Assembly (NCBI GenBank): GCA_016784705.1
Contig: JADHUD010000001.1
Coordinates: 1 to 43,374 of the forward strand
Direction of reading: 5' to 3'
Source of the DNA: Spirochaetia bacterium
GTDB lineage: Bacteria; Spirochaetota; Spirochaetia; JABMQR01
Length of the DNA stretch: 43,374 nt
Below are positions 9,044-17,055 of this stretch, piece by piece (within the stretch, counting starts at the first letter, position 1; each line of letters opens with the position of its first letter). The position numbers and the translations under genes were made by a program. The notes below the pieces were generated by a model. That model was not told where the DNA came from and did not search any database. It was given only the letters and a program-made list of their open reading frames with translations.

Positions 9044-9519
9044 CATTTGAAGTGCTGGATGTTATTGCACTCGTAATTTTGCTGGTTTCTGGACTTCGTG
9101 CTATGTTTAAGGGTTTTATTAAGGAGTTTATGTCTAAAGCAGGCATATTAATTGGTTTTTTTGTTGCATTAATGTTTAGTTCTGCACTTGCTCCGTATAT
9201 TGATGCGCAATTTGGTTTCGGTACCTGGAGCAATATTGCTGCGTTTGCTGCTCTTTTTCTAGCAGGATATATCGTTACAAAGTTAGTGGCAAATACTCTT
9301 AGAACGGTAATAGAGGGACTTCATCTTGCTTTTCTGGATAATATACTCGGCTTTGTTTTTGGGTTGCTGGAAGGTGCAGTAATCATCTCATTTATTATAT
9401 ATCTGCTTCGTTTTCAGACCGTTATTGTTATTGAGGACTTTTTATCACAAAGCTGGGTTGTACAGCTTCTTGAGCCGATCGCACCACGCAGTGTTGAATT
9501 CTTTGAGAAGACATTATAA
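9040..9519 (+). CDS. cvpA: CvpA-family membrane protein
   Basis: 159 aa with four hydrophobic helices and a CvpA-like N-terminus (DVIALVILLVSGLRAMFKGFIKE). The start overlaps the murG stop. Confidence 0.75.
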   Translation: MTFEVLDVIALVILLVSGLRAMFKGFIKEFMSKAGILIGFFVALMFSSALAPYIDAQFGFGTWSNIAAFAALFLAGYIVTKLVANTLRTVIEGLHLAFLDNILGFVFGLLEGAVIISFIIYLLRFQTVIVIEDFLSQSWVVQLLEPIAPRSVEFFEKTL

Positions 9520-9526
9520 TGGCAAC

Positions 9527-9771
9527 CTATCCTAGTACCCTGTACAACTTAAATCTTAGGATTCTTACTTGTACGCGGTAGGTATCTGCATCGTCAGGAT
9601 ACGAAGTAAAAAATCTGGATTTTTTACTTTTGGCAGAATAACAACTCACATAGTTCGTTGTTATTCTGCACACACCTTAGCTGGCTAAGACTTCGTATTC
9701 TTCCTTGCATATACCCACAGGGTACTGCGCGTAAGAACCTGTAAGTTTAAGCTGTACAGGGTACTAGATAG
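9527..9771. other. Unclassified ~245-nt highly self-complementary element (structured RNA candidate or MITE-like element)
   Basis: The ends pair perfectly: 9532-9546 CTAGTACCCTGTACA with 9753-9767 TGTACAGGGTACTAG. Pairing continues inward with small bulges for ~60 bp. The apex carries three hairpins at 9605-9628, 9633-9669 and 9676-9689. No ORF. Confidence 0.6.
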
Positions 9772-9894
9772 ACGTAATCATTTCATACCTGTTACGTTTT
9801 ACAAATGTTTGTACTGCTTATTTGCAGAATATATTTGCTGTTTTTTCTAATTATATTTTAAAGAAAATCCTTCTTCTTTAAGGGGAGCCGTTAA

Positions 9895-11067
9895 TTGCTT
9901 GAAAGAATATATGGACATCAAAGTCTAAAAAACCAGCTTTCACATTTGATATTAAATAAAACACTTCCTTCGGGTCTTCTATTTGCAGGACCCCGGTTTT
10001 CAGGAAGATTAACCACTGCGCTGGAGATTGCGGAAATCGTTTCATGTACAGAAACACATACACCACTCTGTTCATGTGAAAACTGCCGCAATAACAGAAC
10101 AGGTACTCATCCCTATACAATCATGCTGTTAAGTCGTGATCTTTCTAAAGAAATAGCTGCATCGTATGACACATATTGCAAAACACAGATACCGGATACT
10201 GTTCTGTTATTAATCAGACAGGTGAGAAAACTTATCAGCAGATATCGTACAGATTTATATGATGATTCAACCGCTGCTGCAAAATCACTGCTGAAAACAG
10301 CATTTGAAATTGATGAATTACTTCTGTTGTTTCAGTACCAGAACAATGGATCGGGAACAGTAAAACTAGCCGGAGAGCTGGTAAAAAAAAGTAAACAGCT
10401 AGCTTTATCTGTTAAAAGCGGTAATATTCCCGTCTCTCAAATACGTAAAATTGCTTCATGGATATATTCAGCACCAGAAAATCAGGTGAAATGCATAATA
10501 ATTGAAGGGATAGAAGGAATTACTGACGCATCGAAAAATGCATTATTGAAAATAGTTGAGGAACCTCCGGTAAATACATATTTTATGCTTATAGCTGAAT
10601 CCATTGGACGAATACCTCAAACTATTCTCTCAAGAGTTCGAAGATATCATTTTGTACAACTGGATGAAAAATCGAAAACTGATGTCATTCGAGAAATATA
10701 TTCGGATGACCCTGATTTGTATGATTCTTTAAAAACATTTTTTATGGTCAAATCTGGGGTTAACTGTCGAGAATTACATGCAGATGCTGAGACATTTCTT
10801 TTATCTGCCATGAATCGATCGGATGTTTCCTATAAAGATTTTCAAAACTTATTAGCAAAAATAAACTCTGGAAAACTATTTCCGGAATTTATAAATGAGA
10901 TAGTAACTGTGTTAGAGCAGGAAGTTGAAGATAGATTAATTAGCAGAGATAATGCGGGTAGAATCTTAACAAATATAAAAATGGTAAGTTCAAGGCAAAT
11001 AATCTATAATCAGCATCCAGCATTAGCTCTGGAATCACTATATAATAGTATACGGATTGGTTTGTAA
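9895..11067 (+). CDS. holB: DNA polymerase III delta-prime subunit (clamp-loader, HolB-like)
   Basis: AAA+ clamp-loader motifs: LLFAGPRFSG, a Cys-rich Zn module (CSCENC), ALLKIVEEPP and TILSRVRRYHF. TTG start 7 nt after GGGGAG. Confidence 0.8.
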   Translation: MLERIYGHQSLKNQLSHLILNKTLPSGLLFAGPRFSGRLTTALEIAEIVSCTETHTPLCSCENCRNNRTGTHPYTIMLLSRDLSKEIAASYDTYCKTQIPDTVLLLIRQVRKLISRYRTDLYDDSTAAAKSLLKTAFEIDELLLLFQYQNNGSGTVKLAGELVKKSKQLALSVKSGNIPVSQIRKIASWIYSAPENQVKCIIIEGIEGITDASKNALLKIVEEPPVNTYFMLIAESIGRIPQTILSRVRRYHFVQLDEKSKTDVIREIYSDDPDLYDSLKTFFMVKSGVNCRELHADAETFLLSAMNRSDVSYKDFQNLLAKINSGKLFPEFINEIVTVLEQEVEDRLISRDNAGRILTNIKMVSSRQIIYNQHPALALESLYNSIRIGL

Positions 11068-12230
11068 TGAGAAATTTTGTAAAGAAAGCAATTGGGAAAA
11101 TTGAGAAACTTGAACGCGGACAGATAATGAGATTGATAAATCTTTTATCTGATGAAAATGAGATGCTTGAAACCATTTTAGATTCAATGGATGAAGGAGT
11201 TATTGTTACAGATATTGAGTACCGCATAAGAATTGTGAATAAAAATGCAAACAGATTGCTTCAGTTTCAAACCGGTGATCTGCATGATCGAATTGTTTGG
11301 GCTGTTATTAAAGACCAGGAAACAGCTGAGTTTGTAGAGAAACAGATCAGAAGTGAAGGTAAAATAATTGATGAAGAGTTCTATACAGAAAAGGGAACTG
11401 GAACAGCTATACTTACACTAACATCACTGCCTTTTGTAAAAAATAAAAAAATAGAGGGAAATATTCTTATCCTAAGGGATGTTACTGAAAAGAAACAGAA
11501 AGAAGCACAATTCCGCCGTGCTGAAAATCTTGCCTCCCTGACAACACTCGCTGCAGGTGTTGCTCATGAAATAAAAAACCCCCTGGCCTCTATCGGCATA
11601 CATATCCAGCTTATGAGAAAAAATCTGAATCAAAGCGGGTGCATAGATAAAGAGGCTGCAGAAGAGTACCTTGAAATAATTGATGAAGAGATAGAACGTT
11701 TAAACGGCATTGTTGTTGATTTTCTTTTTGCTGTACGCCCGATGGATACGAGAATAAAAAGTGAAGATATCAATAAACTGTCTGAGGATTTATTGGATTT
11801 TGTAAAGTATGAATTGGAAAAAAATAATATTCAGATTGAAACAAATCTGTCTCAGGATGTACCGAAAATTGAGATTGATAGTAAGTATATGAAGCAGGTT
11901 CTGTTGAATATTATTAAAAACGCTATCGCAGCGATGCCTAATGGCGGGTTGCTCACGCTAAATACATTTCGGAAAGATGACAGGGTACATATACAAATAC
12001 AAGATAACGGAATTGGTATATCTGAAGAGAATATGGCTAAGATTTTTGAACCGTATTTCACAACTAAAGATTTTGGTTCAGGATTGGGGCTTACCGTGGT
12101 TTTTAAAATAATTAAAGAACATGGGGGTGAGATTTCTTTGAATTCAAAAGAGGGCGAGGGGACGACGTTTACTATATCACTGCCTTTACCGCAAAGTGAA
12201 AGAAGTTTGCTGTCCTGGGGGATTGAGTGA
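11067..12230 (+). CDS. PAS-domain sensor histidine kinase (NtrB/AtoS-like, apparently cytoplasmic)
   Basis: PAS-like segment (LETILDSMDEGVIVTD), H-box AGVAHEIKNPL, N box LLNIIKNA, and G boxes DNGIGI and GSGLGL. No transmembrane helices seen. The start overlaps the holB stop (TAATG). Confidence 0.88.
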   Translation: MRNFVKKAIGKIEKLERGQIMRLINLLSDENEMLETILDSMDEGVIVTDIEYRIRIVNKNANRLLQFQTGDLHDRIVWAVIKDQETAEFVEKQIRSEGKIIDEEFYTEKGTGTAILTLTSLPFVKNKKIEGNILILRDVTEKKQKEAQFRRAENLASLTTLAAGVAHEIKNPLASIGIHIQLMRKNLNQSGCIDKEAAEEYLEIIDEEIERLNGIVVDFLFAVRPMDTRIKSEDINKLSEDLLDFVKYELEKNNIQIETNLSQDVPKIEIDSKYMKQVLLNIIKNAIAAMPNGGLLTLNTFRKDDRVHIQIQDNGIGISEENMAKIFEPYFTTKDFGSGLGLTVVFKIIKEHGGEISLNSKEGEGTTFTISLPLPQSERSLLSWGIE

Positions 12231-13591
12231 TGGATATTACTATTTTAATCGTTGATGATGAAAAAAACATTCGAAGCGGCTTAGGAAAATCCCTTGCAAT
12301 GGAAGGGTACACAGTTAAACTAGCTGAAAATGGTTTGCAAGCATGGGAATATGTGAATAATCAGCATATAGATTTGGTAGTCTCAGATCTTAGAATGCCC
12401 AAAATGTCCGGAGAGGAGCTATTGCTGAAAATATCATCAGCGTATCCCACTCTGCCGGTAATTATTTTAACTGGTCATGGAACTATTGAATCTGCAGTTA
12501 ATGCAATGCGTGACGGAGCTTTCGATTTTGTTACAAAACCTATAAATCTTGACAGGTTAAGCCTGCTGGTTAAAAGAGCAATTTCCAGCCGGAAGCTGCA
12601 AATAGAGAATTCGAAGCTGCTGAATGAATTGGAGAAATTAAAGAAAAAACAAAAATTTGACGGTATTATTGGAAAAAGTCAAAAAATGCAAAGAGTTATG
12701 GAAATTGTCGAACAGGTTGCACAAACGAAAGCTTCTGTTCTTATAACAGGAGAAAGCGGAGTTGGAAAAGAACTTGTGGCAGATGCACTTCACGAATTAT
12801 CAAACAGAAGCAAAGGTCCTTATGTGAAGGTTCATTGTGCAGCTTTAAGTGAGTCACTTCTTGAAAGTGAGTTGTTCGGCCATGAAAAGGGATCTTTTAC
12901 CGGTGCAGTTTCTCAAAAAAAAGGACGGTTTGAGCTTGCAGATACTGGCACCATATTTCTTGATGAAATTGGTGAGATAAATGCGCAAGTACAGATTAAA
13001 ATCCTCAGAGTTCTTCAGGAGAAGCAGTTTGAGCGTGTTGGCGGCGAGAAAACACTGAATATTGATACCAGGATTGTATCAGCAACCAACAGAGATTTAC
13101 ATGAAGAGATAAAACTTGGTAATTTTCGTGAAGATCTTTATTACCGGTTAAATGTAGTGAAAATTGAAGTTCCACCCTTACGTGATCGTAAAGATGATAT
13201 TCCGTTATTGTCAGCAGCCTTTCTGAAAGAGTTTAATGAAGAGAATGGGAAAAAGATAGAAGGGTTCAGCAGTAAAGCCAGGTCTGCTTTATATAATTAC
13301 TCATGGCCGGGAAATATTCGTGAACTGAGAAACTGCATTGAGAGTTCTGTTGTTCTCTCAAAAAGTAATGTGATTGAATTGGACGACTTACCGTTAAGTA
13401 TTACTTCAGCAACCACGGATGATCAAATAAATATACCTCTCGGCTCAACGATGGAATCAGCAGAAAAAGAGTTCATTTTAGCCACGTTGAATTTCTGTAA
13501 TGGTAATAAATCCAAAGCAGCAGAAGTGCTTGGAATAGGCAGAAAAACACTTCACCGTAAAATTCAGGAATATCAGATTGAATCTAAATAA
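12227..13591 (+). CDS. Sigma-54-dependent response regulator (NtrC-family enhancer-binding protein)
   Basis: Receiver domain (LIVDDE, DLVVSDLRMP), AAA+ Walker A GESGVGKE, GAFTGA-type loop (GSFTGA), Walker B IFLDEIGE, and a C-terminal Fis-type HTH (AAEVLGIGRKTLHRKI). Confidence 0.92.
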   Translation: MMDITILIVDDEKNIRSGLGKSLAMEGYTVKLAENGLQAWEYVNNQHIDLVVSDLRMPKMSGEELLLKISSAYPTLPVIILTGHGTIESAVNAMRDGAFDFVTKPINLDRLSLLVKRAISSRKLQIENSKLLNELEKLKKKQKFDGIIGKSQKMQRVMEIVEQVAQTKASVLITGESGVGKELVADALHELSNRSKGPYVKVHCAALSESLLESELFGHEKGSFTGAVSQKKGRFELADTGTIFLDEIGEINAQVQIKILRVLQEKQFERVGGEKTLNIDTRIVSATNRDLHEEIKLGNFREDLYYRLNVVKIEVPPLRDRKDDIPLLSAAFLKEFNEENGKKIEGFSSKARSALYNYSWPGNIRELRNCIESSVVLSKSNVIELDDLPLSITSATTDDQINIPLGSTMESAEKEFILATLNFCNGNKSKAAEVLGIGRKTLHRKIQEYQIESK

Positions 13592-15719
13592 TAAAATTGA
13601 ACATATCCTGGGACCTCAGGGCAATTTAGCTGAGAATATACCAAATTTTGAATCCCGGAAGAGTCAGCAGGAAATGGCCTGTATGATTGCAGAGACTTTT
13701 AGAGATACGGGTATTTGCGTGGTAGAAGCAGGTACAGGTACCGGGAAATCGTATGCCTATTTAGTTCCTGCAATGCTCTGGTGTCTGGAAAATAGTGATG
13801 AAAAAATCGTTATAGCAACATCGACTATTAATCTTCAGCATCAGTTATTTGAAAAAGATATTCCAACTCTTTGTAAACTTCTTGCTATTAGCTTAAAAGC
13901 AGAAATATTAAAGGGAAGATCCAACTATATCTGTATGAGAAAACTATTTGAAGAGATTCAGGAAGGCCCATTGCTTTCACATCAAGAAAATGAAGCTTTC
14001 AAATATTTGTGTAAATGGGTTGAAAATACATCTACGGGTATGTTTTCTGAGCTGGAAAAACACATACATAAAAAAATATGGAACAGAGTCTGCTCGGATT
14101 CAGAGTTCTGCCTGAAAAACCGCTGCCCGCATAGAGAGGGGTGTTTTGTTCTTAGAGCAAGAAAAAGAGCATCGGCGGCTCATATAATAATAGTAAACCA
14201 TCACTTGCTTTTTGCCGATATGATAATGAGAAAACAAGAGCAGATTGATCCGCAGGAACAGGCAATCCTACCGCCTTTTGACAGATTAATTATAGATGAG
14301 GCACATAATATAGAAAAAAATGCAACGAGTTATTTTACTGAGGAATATAGTAATCAAACAATAAGTCGTTTGATGTATGATTTGCATCACATGAAATTCG
14401 GAAAACAGCAGGGAATAGCTGTAAGGATACTTCCATTTATATCCAGTGAAAACGAATCGAATCAATCGGAAAAACTTAACGGGCTGCTTGAATCTCTACG
14501 AATATATACTGATAAACTTGAACTCTTTATTTTAGATATATTTACGAGATTTCATCAAAGTTCACTTCTCTTTGAGACTATTAAGGAAAAGATAGATGAT
14601 AAAGTCTATGAACAATTTGAAGAGTATTTTTTATCATTACATGCAATACTGAAAAAAATAACCAGATTTAACAAACAGCTGATTGATGATTGTATTGAGA
14701 ATGATGACTCTTTTCCTGTGCTTCAGGAGTTGAGGAGTAATACAGCAAAATTTAATTCAGCATCTTTGTTATTGAAGAAATTCAGTAAGATTACAACCTA
14801 TCCGAAAGAAATTTTCTGGTTAGACAGTAAGAAAAATATGACTGGAAGCAGTAGTAGTCAAATGAAAATTACTCCTGTCAGTGTTGCTGAAACAATATAT
14901 GAGAATATTCTTAGTGTCTATAATTCTGTAATTTGTACATCTGCTACATTAACTGCCGGCGATGATTTTTCTTTTTGGGAAAAGCAAGTAGGATTATATG
15001 GAAGGGATTTACCAAATTACCGGAAGAAATATTTTCCATCACCCTTCAATTTTAAAAAGCATCTATTCCTTGGAATACCCATAAATGCACCATTACCATT
15101 TGAAAGCGAAAAGTATGAATCATTTGTTTGTGATTTTACCTGTAAATTAATAAATTCTTCCGAGGGAGGAACACTTGTATTATTTACTTCGTATGCACTC
15201 CTAAAAAAAGTTCATGAATATTTACTTGATGAAATGGATAAAGATAAAGATAAAGAGAAAGAGAAGATTACACTTCTGTATCAAGGAGAAAAAGATAGAA
15301 CAAAACTATTAGCTGAGTTTATCCGGGATGAAAAAAGTGTTCTGCTGGCAACAGAATCTTTTTGGGAGGGTGTTGATGCTCCCGGAAATACGCTGCGTTC
15401 TGTTATTATAACCCGTTTACCTTTCCGGGTTCCCTCAGACCCAATTGTTTCTGCCCGATATAAAGCTTTGGAAAAAAGCGGCGGTAATCCGTTTCTTGAA
15501 ATTTCTCTGCCGGAGGCTGCTGTAAGGCTTAAACAGGGATTTGGAAGACTTTTACGGAATCGATTCGACCGCGGTGGAGTTTTTATCCTTGATTCAAGAA
15601 TTATACATAAATATTATGGAAGAATACTTCTGAATTCACTTCCTGACACATTGATTGAAATACAGGAATCTGATCGGATCACAGAAAAGTTTGAAAATTT
15701 TCTCTATTCTGGAAAATAA
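13578..15719 (+). CDS. dinG: ATP-dependent DinG/Rad3-family helicase with Fe-S cluster
   Basis: Walker A EAGTGTGKS, DEAH-type IIDEAHN, and a four-Cys cluster region (CSDSEFCLKNRCPHREGC). TTG start overlaps the end of the activator gene by 14 nt. Confidence 0.85.
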   Translation: MNLNNKIEHILGPQGNLAENIPNFESRKSQQEMACMIAETFRDTGICVVEAGTGTGKSYAYLVPAMLWCLENSDEKIVIATSTINLQHQLFEKDIPTLCKLLAISLKAEILKGRSNYICMRKLFEEIQEGPLLSHQENEAFKYLCKWVENTSTGMFSELEKHIHKKIWNRVCSDSEFCLKNRCPHREGCFVLRARKRASAAHIIIVNHHLLFADMIMRKQEQIDPQEQAILPPFDRLIIDEAHNIEKNATSYFTEEYSNQTISRLMYDLHHMKFGKQQGIAVRILPFISSENESNQSEKLNGLLESLRIYTDKLELFILDIFTRFHQSSLLFETIKEKIDDKVYEQFEEYFLSLHAILKKITRFNKQLIDDCIENDDSFPVLQELRSNTAKFNSASLLLKKFSKITTYPKEIFWLDSKKNMTGSSSSQMKITPVSVAETIYENILSVYNSVICTSATLTAGDDFSFWEKQVGLYGRDLPNYRKKYFPSPFNFKKHLFLGIPINAPLPFESEKYESFVCDFTCKLINSSEGGTLVLFTSYALLKKVHEYLLDEMDKDKDKEKEKITLLYQGEKDRTKLLAEFIRDEKSVLLATESFWEGVDAPGNTLRSVIITRLPFRVPSDPIVSARYKALEKSGGNPFLEISLPEAAVRLKQGFGRLLRNRFDRGGVFILDSRIIHKYYGRILLNSLPDTLIEIQESDRITEKFENFLYSGK

Positions 15720-15778
15720 ATAAAACCCCAAATAACAGGTATAAGGGGTTATTAACAAAATGAATTTAATTCCGATTA

Positions 15779-16042
15779 TTACTCAATAATAGCAAGAAGG
15801 TCGCTCATTCTAAGAAGCAAATGATCATGTCCATCTACTTTTATTGTTGTCCCCGCATACTTATCATACATAATTTTATCGCCAACTTTAACTTTGATCT
15901 CTTCATCATCACCAATTGCAATTACTGATGCAATTTGAGTTTTTTCCTGAGCTGTTTGCGGAATGAAAATGCCGCTTGCTGTTTTTTCCTCTACTTCTTC
16001 AACTTTTACAAGAACCCGATCACTTAGTGGTCTTACCTTCAT
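15779..16042 (-). CDS. groES: Co-chaperonin GroES
   Basis: 87 aa: MKVRPLSDRVLVK...ASGIFIP...GDKIMYDKYAGT. No groEL follows it. Confidence 0.95.
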   Translation of the reverse strand: MKVRPLSDRVLVKVEEVEEKTASGIFIPQTAQEKTQIASVIAIGDDEEIKVKVGDKIMYDKYAGTTIKVDGHDHLLLRMSDLLAIIE

Positions 16043-16165
16043 AAAAAAATCCTCCTGATAGTATTATTTAATATTTTAAAAAAGGTTCATTATTCGAACC
16101 ATATAAATAAGGCATATACAAAAATATGAACAATATGCCATTAAATAACTAATTAATTCAAAGAA

Positions 16166-16194
16166 AATATACGCATGTTAGGGCTATTGGTCAA
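16166..16194 (-). promoter_or_regulatory. Putative sigma-70 promoter of groES
   Basis: Minus strand has TTGACC (16194-16189), a 17-nt spacer, then TATATT (16171-16166), roughly 115-120 nt upstream of the groES ATG. Confidence 0.5.
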
Positions 16195-16309
16195 GCAGTA
16201 AATAATTTTTTTAAGATTTGATAAGCTGCCTGGAAGATACATGAAAGAAATATGACTGACATAAAAAAATCTTGCCTGATAACTGTTTGTTTTGTATATT
16301 GTTGATATA

Positions 16310-16831
16310 ATGAATGATTGCAGAAAACTTCTGAAAGAAGGGAAAGAATTACTGTTCTCTCAGAAAGCTCATGAAGCTATGAATGTGTTTAACAATGCTC
16401 TGGAAGTTTGTGTGTGTGATAACAATATCGAACTGGGGGAAATACTTTTTTATCTTGGCTTGGCTTTTAAAAAAATAGGGCATAATGTGCATGCTCAAAG
16501 ATGCTGGTTAAATGCTTTTAAAATACGTGATATAAATAATACAGGAAATTATCAAAATGATGAGTGGGAAATATTCCATGCAATTCAACTTTCCAGATAT
16601 CTAAGTTATAAGATGGATTTTCAATTTGATACCCTTGCTGAGGGTGATATGGTTCATGATTTGATTAAAACTATCTGGTTGGAAATATGTACACTTCCCC
16701 AGTTTAATAGTATGAGCAGTGATGAAAGGGTAAATTATTACCAAACGATAACAATAATATTCCCTGAAATGAATCTTAAAGAAGATCAAGAACAATCTGT
16801 TAAAGGGAATATTGTATCTTTTTTACAATGA
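16310..16831 (+). CDS. Hypothetical protein with TPR-like helical repeat
   Basis: Open frame of ~173 aa from the ATG at 16310 (MNDCRKLL). The track starts at TTG 16292. The segment EILFYLGLAFKKIGHNVHAQRCWLNAFKI is TPR-like. No family recognised. Confidence 0.5.
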   Translation: MNDCRKLLKEGKELLFSQKAHEAMNVFNNALEVCVCDNNIELGEILFYLGLAFKKIGHNVHAQRCWLNAFKIRDINNTGNYQNDEWEIFHAIQLSRYLSYKMDFQFDTLAEGDMVHDLIKTIWLEICTLPQFNSMSSDERVNYYQTITIIFPEMNLKEDQEQSVKGNIVSFLQ

Positions 16832-16942
16832 AACCTTTAAAATCTCGCTTGGTTTACTTATCATGTGTCATTATTACTCAGTATATAACTAATATAATTC
16901 AGGTGTGTAAATCTGACACACATACACAATAGCTGAACAATA

Positions 16943-16972
16943 AATTTGCAGTTTGATAATCATATGCAAATT
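16943..16972. promoter_or_regulatory. Inverted repeat AATTTGCA-N14-TGCAAATT, candidate enhancer (UAS) site
   Basis: Perfect 8-bp arms at 16943-16950 and 16965-16972, about 50-75 bp upstream of the -24/-12 element. The function is inferred only. Confidence 0.3.
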
Positions 16973-17017
16973 AACTAACTATTTATATAATAAGTAATAA
17001 AGACATTTACATAAAGT

Positions 17018-17033
17018 TGGCATGCATCCTGCT
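17018..17033 (+). promoter_or_regulatory. Sigma-54 (-24/-12) type promoter
   Basis: TGGCATGCATCCTGCT against the consensus TGGCAC-N5-TTGCW. GG (17019-17020) and GC (17031-17032) are separated by exactly 10 nt. It lies ~24 nt upstream of the sigma-factor ATG. Confidence 0.6.
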
Positions 17034-17055
17034 ATGTATTAGCAGGAGGCTTAAG

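Noticed and set aside
9527-9771. A retron msr/msd non-coding RNA, a bacterial Y RNA, or a 6S RNA.
   Set aside because: No reverse transcriptase or Ro (rsr) gene lies next to it. The flanking genes are cvpA and holB. The architecture of a long rod ending in a three-hairpin junction does not match the 6S central-bubble design. The element remains unclassified rather than assigned.
16043-16200. A CIRCE/HrcA operator upstream of groES.
   Set aside because: No sequence resembling TTAGCACTC-N9-GAGTGCTAA was seen on either strand.
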